From Calditrichia bacterium (lineage in GTDB: Bacteria; Calditrichota; Calditrichia; RBG-13-44-9; J075): a stretch of DNA of 64,000 nucleotides. Below the pieces are notes generated by a model. That model worked only from the letters and a program-made list of their open reading frames with translations, ran no database searches and was not told the origin of the DNA. The stretch lies in NCBI GenBank assembly GCA_050633245.1, contig JBOEGD010000002.1, positions 151,006-215,005 of the forward strand, read 5' to 3'. Below, piece by piece: positions 51,922 through 61,399 of the stretch. How positions within the stretch are numbered: position 1 is the first letter of the stretch; the number at the start of each line of letters is the position of its first letter. Position numbers and translations under genes: made by a program.

Positions 51922-53157
51922 ATGTCCGGGAATATCATTGCCAAACTGACCATAAGTAAGAATTCAGATCCCGATTGGCACGTCGAACGAGATTTTGGTC
52001 AAGAGGTGATCACAATTGGACGAGACAACTCTAACACATTGCTTCTGGAAGATGGCAAAAAAATTGTCTCTCGTCAACATGCCAAAATCCAGTTTATTGA
52101 TGGCGATTACCATCTTATCGACTGTGGAAGTCGCAATTTTACGTTTCTGAATGATCGTAAGATTACGCCGAATAAACCATGCTTGCTCCGCAGCGGAGAT
52201 CAGGTAAGAATCAGTGAGTATATCATACGCTACACGAGTGTTCAGGCTGCCCCTGAATCGAATGCCTACCAGGAAGAAACCGCTCTGCTTGAAAACCCTT
52301 TTGGGGAAGACATGCAGATTATCGCAAATCTGTTAAACAAAGTAAAACGTAAATATGATGTGCACGATCCCAGCATGAGGGACTCTGCCCTGCGGGCAGC
52401 ATTCCATGAGATGATGACCGGGATCGATATTGGCGCTGTTGGTGAGATTATCGGACGGGAACTTGTTCCACAAAACGGCTTTGCCTCCGATGTTCTGCAG
52501 TCTGAGCCTATTGTACTATCTCCGGAATACGAAGAGCCAGAAGCAGAGGTTGAAGCTGAAGCACCTGCCGTTCACACACCTGATCAGTCTGAGATGATTC
52601 TTCCATCCGACACATCTACAATGCTGCGCATTGGACAAACTCTTGATATGGTTGCAGGCTCTATGATAAGCATCGTCCGCTCTTCCGAGAATTTCCGCAA
52701 TAATTTCTTAGGGTTGCCGATGAGTCGTCTCGCAAGTTCTATTCACGTAATGACCGTTGAAGAATTCAAGGAATTTCTCTTCACCAATTCCATAGCTGAA
52801 GAAGAAGCACAGAATCGCTTTCAACAGGTGAAACAACAGGTAGACGATTCACTTCAACAATATCAAGCGTTACTGGATGTCTACAAAACGGATCTAAACG
52901 ATGGCATGCTGCACATGCTTGAATCTCTCAATCCCGACAAGTTAAAACGCGAGTATTCTCAACACAGTGGCTTTATGAAGGTTGTTCCCGGATACGTAAA
53001 TTCCAGAGTAAATCAATTCCTGCAAACGAAACTACGCGAACTGCTTGCCGAACAGCGCGATCAGGAAGAGGAAGAAGCATTCCGACCACTTTTTGTAAAT
53101 ACCTATATGGAGAAACTTTCCCAGCATGCGGCCGTTCCAGATTATGAGGAATACTAA
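51922..53157 (+). CDS. FHA-domain protein with TagH-like C-terminal helical region
   Basis: FHA motifs TIGRD, VSRQHA, GSRNFTFLN; C-terminal LNPDKL...EAFRPLFVNTY resembles the TagH/Fha C-terminus; AGGAG RBS. Confidence 0.85.
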   Translation: MSGNIIAKLTISKNSDPDWHVERDFGQEVITIGRDNSNTLLLEDGKKIVSRQHAKIQFIDGDYHLIDCGSRNFTFLNDRKITPNKPCLLRSGDQVRISEYIIRYTSVQAAPESNAYQEETALLENPFGEDMQIIANLLNKVKRKYDVHDPSMRDSALRAAFHEMMTGIDIGAVGEIIGRELVPQNGFASDVLQSEPIVLSPEYEEPEAEVEAEAPAVHTPDQSEMILPSDTSTMLRIGQTLDMVAGSMISIVRSSENFRNNFLGLPMSRLASSIHVMTVEEFKEFLFTNSIAEEEAQNRFQQVKQQVDDSLQQYQALLDVYKTDLNDGMLHMLESLNPDKLKREYSQHSGFMKVVPGYVNSRVNQFLQTKLRELLAEQRDQEEEEAFRPLFVNTYMEKLSQHAAVPDYEEY

Positions 53158-53414
53158 GCTGCTTCGAGCATAGAAATAGCGTCTGGTAGGAATCCAGACG
53201 TGAAATTGAGTAGATGGAGCGCCTCCCAAAATCCGGCACTGCAACTCACCGCCTGTTAAGCAGTGATTCCGGACAAAATTATACAGGTTGATTTTTGCGA
53301 TATTGTTGCCCTGCGTATATATTTGCAGGGTATATTTCGAATAGAAACAGTTGAAATACAAATCGAAGCTACCAAAAGTAGATTCGTTTTTTGTTACAGG
53401 AGTAGTATCGCTTC

Positions 53415-55412
53415 ATGCAGAAACTGGTCGGCAAAACCATTGACAACTACAAAATCCTCGGCGTTATTGGACGTGGAGGTATGGGAACAGTCTATAAGGC
53501 TCTCGATCAGAGTCTGGACAAGCATGTTGCCCTAAAGATGATTGAGCCGCGCCTTATTGAGAATAAGAACTTTCTCAAGCGCTTTCTTGAAGAGCCGAAA
53601 CTCCAGGCCAAACTCGAAAGTCCCTACATCGTTCGCGTCAACGCCTTTCGAGAGAGCAACGAAACCCTCTTTATTGTCATGGAATTTGTCGATGGTGCAA
53701 CACTGGCGCAAAAGCTGCGGCAAAGCGGTGCCATGCACTGGACAAAAGCCCTCCCCATCTTCAAGCAAATGCTTCTTGCCATTGGCCATGCCCACAAAGT
53801 TGGTGTGATCCACCGGGATATTAAACCCGGGAACGTTCTTATTGCTAAAGACGACTCGGTTAAAGTTACCGATTTTGGACTGGCGAAATTCCAGCAGCAT
53901 GGCGACATCACCGTTACCAAGGCTGTCGCCGGAACGGTAAAATATATGTCTCCCGAGCAGGTTCGCGGCTTGTCTAACGTAGACCATCGCGGTGATATAT
54001 ATGCTCTGGGTATTACTCTTTATGAAATGCTTGCCGGTCGTGTGCCTTTTCTAAAAGAAGGTGCAGACTATGCCGTACTAAAGGCGATCGTTGAAGATCA
54101 ACCGCCTCCGCCAACACAATTCAATGGCGCAATTCCGCAGGTTTTAGAAGATATCGTTATGAAGTCGCTGCGCAAAGACGCCAATGAACGTTTTCAAACA
54201 GCCGAAGAAATGCTGGAGGCGGTAGAGCGCTTCGAACAAAGCAGCGATGAACAAGGGACCGTTGGAAGAACCCAACAAATGGCCCCCACAATTACCATTC
54301 TGAAAGATATCGCGCAGAACCCGGTAAATCTTAAGTGGGTAGCGCTTCCGATAATTGCCGTAATGGTAGCTTTGGCAGGTTGGCTTGTTGGTCCTCCACT
54401 ACTGGAATTCATATTTCCCGCGCAAAAGTTTGCTTCTCTGGATATCCGTTCGGAACCTTCGGGGGCAGTGGTCTATTTTGACAACATTCCTCAAGGAAAA
54501 ACCCCGTTTCAAACAGACAGCGTCGAAACCAACATTATTGATATTCGCGTTGAAAAGGCAGGATTTGGTTATTGGGAAAAAAAGAACGTCCTGTTCGAAG
54601 CCGGTCAAAGCGTGGAGTTTTCTCCGACACTCATCGAAGGAGCTGCTTCGGTCTACGGAAGCCTGAAAATTGATTCCGACCCTACAGGTGCAATCGTATG
54701 GCTAAACGGCAAACAGGTTGGCAAAACACCATTTTCCAGTGACAGCCTGCCAACGCAGGATTATCTTGTAAGACTGTCGAAGAACGGCTTCGAAGAGTTT
54801 CGTGAAACAATATCCCTTAGCGCAGATCAACCGGAGAACATGTCCGCTTTTCTTGTTAAAGTACCGGTAACAACCCGGCAGCCGCAAACCGGAAGCACCG
54901 GTAGTACCCAAAACTCCACTAAAGATCCATTTCTTGCGAAGCCACCGAGTAATATCGGCCAGCTTGAGCTACGCCTGGAGCCATCGGGAAGTATTTTTGT
55001 TAATGGTGGCCATAAAGCCCGTTCAGACGATGAACCTGCTACCGCATCCGTTGCAGTTGATAAAGGTGAGCACAAAGTTCGTTTTGTTCACCCGCAATAC
55101 GGGTCACGCGACTTTTCTCTGTCTGTAGATCGGGGAGAAACAAAGTCGCTTACCTGCTACTTTGAATCTTTTCTAAATATTCAATCATTGGATGAAAACG
55201 GCAGCTCGTTTTTTTCATATCTTGTTATCAATGGTGAAAATACCGGAGTGCCAACCCCGATAGCGAATTACCCGCTTGGGCCGGGCACTTACCGAATTTC
55301 GGTGCGTCGTTTGGGTTATCATACCGTTGAAGACGATAAAGTCATTACGGTAACACCTCGCAGAAACAAGCCAAAAACACAGAAATTGGTGTTTACACTC
55401 GAAAAAGAGTAG
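53415..55412 (+). CDS. Membrane Hanks-type Ser/Thr protein kinase with extracytoplasmic PEGA domains
   Basis: GRGGMGTVY, VALK, HRDIKPGN, DFG, YMSPEQ; TM helix; SEPSGAVVY and SDPTGAIVW PEGA repeats. Confidence 0.95.
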   Translation: MQKLVGKTIDNYKILGVIGRGGMGTVYKALDQSLDKHVALKMIEPRLIENKNFLKRFLEEPKLQAKLESPYIVRVNAFRESNETLFIVMEFVDGATLAQKLRQSGAMHWTKALPIFKQMLLAIGHAHKVGVIHRDIKPGNVLIAKDDSVKVTDFGLAKFQQHGDITVTKAVAGTVKYMSPEQVRGLSNVDHRGDIYALGITLYEMLAGRVPFLKEGADYAVLKAIVEDQPPPPTQFNGAIPQVLEDIVMKSLRKDANERFQTAEEMLEAVERFEQSSDEQGTVGRTQQMAPTITILKDIAQNPVNLKWVALPIIAVMVALAGWLVGPPLLEFIFPAQKFASLDIRSEPSGAVVYFDNIPQGKTPFQTDSVETNIIDIRVEKAGFGYWEKKNVLFEAGQSVEFSPTLIEGAASVYGSLKIDSDPTGAIVWLNGKQVGKTPFSSDSLPTQDYLVRLSKNGFEEFRETISLSADQPENMSAFLVKVPVTTRQPQTGSTGSTQNSTKDPFLAKPPSNIGQLELRLEPSGSIFVNGGHKARSDDEPATASVAVDKGEHKVRFVHPQYGSRDFSLSVDRGETKSLTCYFESFLNIQSLDENGSSFFSYLVINGENTGVPTPIANYPLGPGTYRISVRRLGYHTVEDDKVITVTPRRNKPKTQKLVFTLEKE

Positions 55413-55533
55413 ACGCAGATCACATTACCCCCTTCCAAACTCCCCCAGTTGCGCCGAGTCACAGTTCTTGCTGACCGCGAGAATGTATCTTAACTCAGAT
55501 CAACTATTCAGGAAGAACTTCAGGAGGTATAAA

Positions 55534-56595
55534 ATGCGTAAGAAACCCATTTTGAAACAGAGCAAGCTGGCACTCATCGCGCTTCTTGCCGCTATCATGG
55601 TATTAGGAGTTGCTATTACAAGTACCGATGCACTAACGACGTTTCAGTCCGAAGACATTCTCAATGACGCGATTGAGAATTATAATTCTGCCAATTACGA
55701 TGCGGCGATCAATGCCTTGCGACCACTTGCGGATGATGAAGGCGCAGACCTCGAGCATCGCAAAGATGCGCTGCGCTATTTGGGACGCTGTTATGTTGCC
55801 ACACGCCACAATCAAAAAGCAAAGGCTGCATTAGAAAAGCTGATTGTTCTGGAACCACCTTTGATAGAATTTGATCCAGATCGCGAATCCCCACCGCTGA
55901 TGAAAGTATATTATCAGGCGCGTAAGAAGAAATCCAACTCGTATCAGCTTGAGCGTAAAGATCCGGGTATCAAAACAATTGCCATTATGGACTTTCGCAA
56001 TAGCTCCATCACGGATAAAGAAAAGTTTGATCCGATGGAAAAGGGTTTTTCCGATATCCTGATCAGTCGCCTCAATGGCCAAACAGACCTAAAAGTTGTT
56101 GAGCGTGAACGACTACAGTGGATTATTCAGGAACTCGAAATTCAGAATAAATATGGTATGGAAGGCGCCGTTCGCGCCGGTAAGCAACTTGGCGTACATG
56201 TCGTAGTATTTGGCAGCTATATCATTGTTGACGATAAGATCTGGCTTAGTGCTCGCCTGGTTAAGGTAGAAAGCAGCGAGATCCTCTTCACAACCGACGT
56301 GAAAGGCAAGCCGGGAGAGTTTTTCGACCTGACCGAACAGCTGAGCCAGAAGATCCGCAAGGCAATTGATGGTGGAAAGCTAAGTAAAGCCAGCGGCCCG
56401 TCAAAGACCACCAATTCGCTGGAAGCCATTCTTTCTTATTCAGAAGGTCTCGAGCTGCTTGAACGCGGAGAATATGCCGATGCGCATCAGAAATTCCAAA
56501 AGGCATTAGAACACGACCCAGGATACGAAAAGGCAAAATTGAAATCCGACAGCATCAAGGACTTGCTCATCTATTCTGAGAATGAGACATATTAA
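55534..56595 (+). CDS. Exported TPR + CsgG/HfaB (TolB-N/FlgO-like) domain protein
   Basis: Signal peptide; N-terminal TPR; TIAIMDF...LKVVERERL...AGKQLGV..VVFGS...SARLVKVE domain; C-terminal TPR; AGGAGG RBS. Confidence 0.8.
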   Translation: MRKKPILKQSKLALIALLAAIMVLGVAITSTDALTTFQSEDILNDAIENYNSANYDAAINALRPLADDEGADLEHRKDALRYLGRCYVATRHNQKAKAALEKLIVLEPPLIEFDPDRESPPLMKVYYQARKKKSNSYQLERKDPGIKTIAIMDFRNSSITDKEKFDPMEKGFSDILISRLNGQTDLKVVERERLQWIIQELEIQNKYGMEGAVRAGKQLGVHVVVFGSYIIVDDKIWLSARLVKVESSEILFTTDVKGKPGEFFDLTEQLSQKIRKAIDGGKLSKASGPSKTTNSLEAILSYSEGLELLERGEYADAHQKFQKALEHDPGYEKAKLKSDSIKDLLIYSENETY

Positions 56596-56609
56596 ATAAG
56601 ATTGCACTT

Positions 56610-56650
56610 AAATGACAAAGTCGATACCTTCGGGAAAGACTTTGTCATTT
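56610..56650 (+). terminator. Long hairpin between the two CsgG-like genes
   Basis: AAATGACAAAGTC...GACTTTGTCATTT with inner CC-TTCG-GG loop. Confidence 0.6.
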
Positions 56651-56722
56651 CCCGGTTTTCAACTCAGGAATACTAATCTAAGTGGCCCTCTCACCGCCAC
56701 TCTTTGTGGAAGGATTATTTAC

Positions 56723-58063
56723 ATGTCTGCAAACGCACCCGCTATAATTGCGCGCTTTTCTCTGCTTTGCTTTCTTACGCTGATACTAAGCTGTACATCA
56801 GTGAAGTTTCAGGAGAATGTCGATGACTATAAAGAAGAAATCAGCGAGCTTAATGAGCAGCTGCGAGAGAATCCGCAAAACGCCGAAGCACTGCGGGACC
56901 TCGGTGCAATCTATTTTCAAACCCGACAGTATGAAGATGCCCGAATTTATCTGCAAAAAGCTGCCAAGCAAGATCTTAACGATCCGAAGACACTGTTTTA
57001 TCTTGGCCTCTCCATGGAGTTTGACGGCAAGGAAGATACTGCACTCAAGTTTTATCGCAACTACACAAAAACGCCCCGCACTTCGCCTTATCGCAGGTTA
57101 ATGGAAGGGCGTTATCACTGGATTAAAAAGGAAATGGCTGCTGCAGAAGCAAAACGTATTGTAAAAGCATCTCTGCAGGATTCAGTAAGTGCCGGTGCCA
57201 TCGATTCTGATGCCCTGGCGGTATTTCCAATGCTGTATCGCGGGTCTGAAGAACGATTTGCTCCACTTGGGGTCGGGCTTAGCGAGATGGTAATTATCGA
57301 CCTCGGCCGCATTTCTTCATTGACTCTCGTAGAGCGTATTCGCATTCAGGAAGTGCTTCGTGAACTCGACTTTGCAAAAAACACCTATGCCGATCCCGCA
57401 ACCAGTCCACGCACCGGTCGCCTGTTGGGCGCATCACGCGTGGTAAGCGGCGTATTCAACGTGCTGCGTTCCGAACAGCTAATAGTAGATGCCTCGTCGT
57501 GGGATCTTGCACAGCGCCAGGAACCGGCAATTATCAATCGTGAGAATGAACTGACTCGCCTCTTTGAACTTGAAAAAGAAATCGTATTCGATATCATTAA
57601 GCAGCTTGGTATTCAGCCCACACCCGCAGAACGTGAACAAATCATGCTGGTTCCAACGCGAGACATGAAGGCATTTCTCGAGTATTGTAAAGGATTGGAA
57701 CGTGAAGATGATCGATCTTACAATACTGCAGTCGGACACTATGAAGCGGCCTTGAAGATCGACCCAAAGTTTGAGCTGGCCCGACAGCGCGCTGAACGGG
57801 CCCGCAGTCTGGCTGAAGCTGGTGGCAGCAAAGAAGACGCAGCCGATACCGCCGGGAATATCGGCAACAAAGGTGGCGGTGGAAAAGATTCACCGGGAGT
57901 TGGTGGTTTGGAAGACCTTATCGGCAGCCGTATCAACACCATTGGCTCAACGATCGGCTCAACATTCAACCCGGGAGAAGATACTCGCAATCCGGGTGAA
58001 GAGATACTCGGTTCAGGACTAACAGAACTCCCTGTTCCGCCCGATCCACCAGCAAATGACTAA
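56723..58063 (+). CDS. TPR + CsgG/HfaB-like lipoprotein
   Basis: Lipobox LILSC; TPRs (AEALRDLGAIYF); ALAVFP...LTLVERIRIQEVLREL...TGRLLGASRVVSG; Gly/Pro-rich tail. Confidence 0.8.
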   Translation: MSANAPAIIARFSLLCFLTLILSCTSVKFQENVDDYKEEISELNEQLRENPQNAEALRDLGAIYFQTRQYEDARIYLQKAAKQDLNDPKTLFYLGLSMEFDGKEDTALKFYRNYTKTPRTSPYRRLMEGRYHWIKKEMAAAEAKRIVKASLQDSVSAGAIDSDALAVFPMLYRGSEERFAPLGVGLSEMVIIDLGRISSLTLVERIRIQEVLRELDFAKNTYADPATSPRTGRLLGASRVVSGVFNVLRSEQLIVDASSWDLAQRQEPAIINRENELTRLFELEKEIVFDIIKQLGIQPTPAEREQIMLVPTRDMKAFLEYCKGLEREDDRSYNTAVGHYEAALKIDPKFELARQRAERARSLAEAGGSKEDAADTAGNIGNKGGGGKDSPGVGGLEDLIGSRINTIGSTIGSTFNPGEDTRNPGEEILGSGLTELPVPPDPPAND

Positions 58064-58106
58064 GATCGTTTTCATGCAAAGAAAAGTGTCAATGGAGAAT
58101 CGTACA

Positions 58107-59243
58107 ATGCGCTACCTATTATTCCTGTTAACAGCACTGATGTGCACCACGCTGTTTGCAGACGAAAGCGGAGTTTTTGAGAAAAGGCGTTCGCTGACTA
58201 TATCACCGATCTATCAGAATTGGAATGTTGAACTTGATAATCGCAGCGTTTCACTCTCAGAAACTTCCAATTTAGTCTCGTTTTATGTCCCCGTAAACGA
58301 ACGGGTAAACTTTACTATCAGCGGAATGCAGGCGTATGTCTCCAATGACGGTGTTATAACAACAAACACAGCTGCAATAGACAATTTCTTTGGAATAAAC
58401 GACGTACAGCTCGCCGGAAATATATACGTGCCGAACATTCGGGCCGTCTTTGGACTAAAAGCCAATTTACCGACCGGCAAGCGAGACTTTGTAGCAGGTG
58501 ACTATTTAACGCTGACAGATCTGAGCAATCCGGCTTTTCGTTTTCGGGTTCCATCCTTCGGCCAGGGACTGAACCTTTCGCCAAGCGTGATTATTGCGCA
58601 ACCAGCTGGTGAGTCCGTTGTTCTCGGCTTCGGATTATCATATACCTATCGCGGTGCTTTTTCACCTTTCGATGACCAGGAAGATGTTGATTTAAATCCC
58701 GGCGATGAGTTTCTGGCAACAGCCGGCTTTGATTATCGAATTAACCAAGTTGCCAAATTTGCCACAGACGTCACGTTCGGACTTTATAGCAAAGACAGCT
58801 TTAGCCAGGATGGCGGTGGCTCAGAAGACGTGTTCCAGGCCGGTAATCGTCTGCGCGTTAACAGCGCTTACAAGCACTACTTCGGCTACAATATTCTTCA
58901 GATCAAGGGGATTTTTCGAACAGAAGCCAAAAACGAGCTGTTAACCATCCCTAATCCTTCCGATACCGAAACGATTCCCGGCAGCGTTCACCTTATAGCT
59001 TCATTCGCACAGCGCATCTCGCAATTGCTTACCCTGGGCTATTCTGTAGACTCACGTTTCTACCAGGATAACGGCACCACATTCTCCGGCGGCCCAATGT
59101 TTGGATTTGCACTTAGCCCACAGCTCTCTTTCTCGAAAGACATGAGCATGCCTATTCTGCTGCGCTTCAGGACGGCGAGTTACAACAATGACGTTTCAAT
59201 GACTGGCTTTGAGGCCGGGCTCGGAATTAACTTCCGCTTTTAA
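58107..59243 (+). CDS. Outer-membrane beta-barrel protein
   Basis: Signal peptide, alternating amphipathic beta strands, NLPTGK motif, C-terminal aromatic beta-signal AGLGINFRF. Confidence 0.8.
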   Translation: MRYLLFLLTALMCTTLFADESGVFEKRRSLTISPIYQNWNVELDNRSVSLSETSNLVSFYVPVNERVNFTISGMQAYVSNDGVITTNTAAIDNFFGINDVQLAGNIYVPNIRAVFGLKANLPTGKRDFVAGDYLTLTDLSNPAFRFRVPSFGQGLNLSPSVIIAQPAGESVVLGFGLSYTYRGAFSPFDDQEDVDLNPGDEFLATAGFDYRINQVAKFATDVTFGLYSKDSFSQDGGGSEDVFQAGNRLRVNSAYKHYFGYNILQIKGIFRTEAKNELLTIPNPSDTETIPGSVHLIASFAQRISQLLTLGYSVDSRFYQDNGTTFSGGPMFGFALSPQLSFSKDMSMPILLRFRTASYNNDVSMTGFEAGLGINFRF

Positions 59244-59254
59244 TATATTCGCTC

Positions 59255-59277
59255 TTCGCTGCACGACGTGCAGCGAA
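59255..59277. terminator. Palindromic hairpin after the beta-barrel gene
   Basis: TTCGCTGCACG-A-CGTGCAGCGAA. Confidence 0.55.
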
Positions 59278-59359
59278 ACCTGCTCTCCGGAATCCCCTCA
59301 CTTGATCATCTATTCGCACTTCCGTATACTTTAGAAGAACCCACATACACGGAGCCGCA

Positions 59360-61303
59360 ATGAAACACGTCATGCTAATTCTATGCTGTGCCATGTCCAT
59401 CCTTTCTGCTCAAAACGATCGTATGATACAAATAAAAGTTGATCGTGCCGAAACCATTGAAAAATTAATCGCACAGAACCACATCATCCCAGATATAAAG
59501 TCGTTTACAAACAAACAGGGAAGGCTGGAAGTTGAGTGGCTCAATGAGAATGGCTACGTAACAGTTATCGGTAGCCCATCGCTAGTCAAGCAGCTTAAAT
59601 ACCATGGCTACACGGTTTTATCCAACAAGCCATATATCAAAAAAACTCCGGCATATTCTGCAAATAGTAACTATCCGCTCCAATTTGGCTGGCCACGTAT
59701 CATGAGCGGCTGGCCAGCGGTATATGGACAGGCGACTACCGTTGCAGACTTCAATGGGAACGGCGATCTGGAGCTATTCTTGTCCAACATAGAGGGATTC
59801 ATGTATATGTGGCGAAACAACGGCACGTTTGTTTTGGGCTATCCTTTATCACCTTTAAACAATGGCTGGAGCACCGCCTCGCGTGAGGGCGCTGCCGCCG
59901 GAGACATCAATGGTGACGGTATTCTGGAAGCCGTATTGGGGCAGGCGGTTGGGTTGCTGCGCGCAAATCAATACACAAGCCTGCCGTTAAACGGTTTTCC
60001 ACATCAATTGGGCACTTGGATTTGGACAAATGAGCCGGCATTATACGACTTTGACGATGACGGTCGTGATGAGATAGTGCTTGTAACCTATGAATACCCC
60101 AGCGCTGTCCCGGAAGGTCCTGCTGAAATCCATGTTCTAAATGAGGATCTGACAGAGCTTCCCGGCTGGCCACAACAGATGCTGCAACATTCCGAATCAT
60201 CCCCGGCAATAGGCGACATCGATGGCGATGGTTTAATGGAGATCGTTGTCGGAAGCGGTCAAAGTACTGCCAACGACATAGCCGGCGAACTGCTCGCGTT
60301 TAACCACGATGGAAGCGTGTGCAGTGGGTTTCCAATTTTGGTTGGGCCGGATGTTAATGCCAGTCCCGCTCTTTATGATATAGATATGAATGGCACGCTG
60401 GATATCCTGATACGCATTAAGCCGGATACCGGAGCAAATGGCATTTACGCCTTCGATGGCACTGGACAATCCCTGCCGGGGTTTCCGGCTGTTCTAACGC
60501 GAGGCGGGTCAAAGAACGGCGTTCCGGCAATCGCCGATGTAAACGGAGACGGGCTTCCGGAGATCGCCTACGGCACTGTAGAAGCAGTAGATTCTGCCCG
60601 GGTTTGGCTATTCAGCAATAGCGGCCAGATTATACCCGGTTTTCCGAAACCGGTATTTGCAACCTGGGTTGAAGAGTCTGTAGTACTAGAGGATGTATCC
60701 GGAGACGGATTGGCAGATATTATTTGCGGCACTAATGGTGTGGGCAGTGACTATGCCCAACTTTGGGCCTTCGATTATCAGGGGAATGTAATCCCCGACT
60801 TTCCAATTCAGATAAATGAAACGTTCAGCACGCTGGAAACAACGCCCACAGTTATAGACTTTGACAATGATGGTGATACGGAAATTATCACCGCGTCGCA
60901 CGACGGCACGGTGTATGTCTTTGATACCCCGGGCATTCCGGCAGCATCGTCATGGCCGATGTTCAAGTTCAACCATCAAAGACAAAGCAGCAACACAACT
61001 TCAATTACCGGTATTTCATCCGTCTTCTCCCCTACTCCGCAGCGTGCAGAGCTTCTTCCGACCTACCCGAATCCATTTAATCCATCCACCACTATTCGCT
61101 ATCGGCTTGCCACAGCCAAAACGGTTCACATATCAATCTACAACGTGCTGGGCAAAAAACTCGTCACGCTGTTAAACGGAGAACAACAAGCAGGTGAACA
61201 CGAACTGCTCTTCGACGCAAGTAATTATCCGTCCGGTATTTATCTCATTTCCCTGTATGCCGATGGACAATCGTTTATTCAGAAAGCACTCCTCAGCAGA
61301 TAA
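59360..61303 (+). CDS. Secreted FG-GAP/VCBS repeat protein with C-terminal sorting-type domain
   Basis: Signal peptide; repeats ADFNGNGDLE, GDIDGDGLME, PGFP motifs; TYPNPFNPSTT...PSGIYLISL tail. Confidence 0.85.
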   Translation: MKHVMLILCCAMSILSAQNDRMIQIKVDRAETIEKLIAQNHIIPDIKSFTNKQGRLEVEWLNENGYVTVIGSPSLVKQLKYHGYTVLSNKPYIKKTPAYSANSNYPLQFGWPRIMSGWPAVYGQATTVADFNGNGDLELFLSNIEGFMYMWRNNGTFVLGYPLSPLNNGWSTASREGAAAGDINGDGILEAVLGQAVGLLRANQYTSLPLNGFPHQLGTWIWTNEPALYDFDDDGRDEIVLVTYEYPSAVPEGPAEIHVLNEDLTELPGWPQQMLQHSESSPAIGDIDGDGLMEIVVGSGQSTANDIAGELLAFNHDGSVCSGFPILVGPDVNASPALYDIDMNGTLDILIRIKPDTGANGIYAFDGTGQSLPGFPAVLTRGGSKNGVPAIADVNGDGLPEIAYGTVEAVDSARVWLFSNSGQIIPGFPKPVFATWVEESVVLEDVSGDGLADIICGTNGVGSDYAQLWAFDYQGNVIPDFPIQINETFSTLETTPTVIDFDNDGDTEIITASHDGTVYVFDTPGIPAASSWPMFKFNHQRQSSNTTSITGISSVFSPTPQRAELLPTYPNPFNPSTTIRYRLATAKTVHISIYNVLGKKLVTLLNGEQQAGEHELLFDASNYPSGIYLISLYADGQSFIQKALLSR

Positions 61304-61399
61304 AAGAGGTGATTTTTTAGAAACCTTTCGACTTTTTTGGGATCTCTCCGTAGTTTTAGCGTTTACAAAACAGATCATTACTATTATGGAGAGAGAGAT

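Noticed and set aside
53200-53275. Cobalamin riboswitch (AAATCCGGCACTG resemblance)
   Set aside because: The GGGAA and ACTGT core elements are not in the expected arrangement, and the downstream gene is unrelated to B12.
55534-58063. Curli secretion operon
   Set aside because: CsgG-like domains are fused to TPRs, and no csgA/B/E/F-like genes are present.
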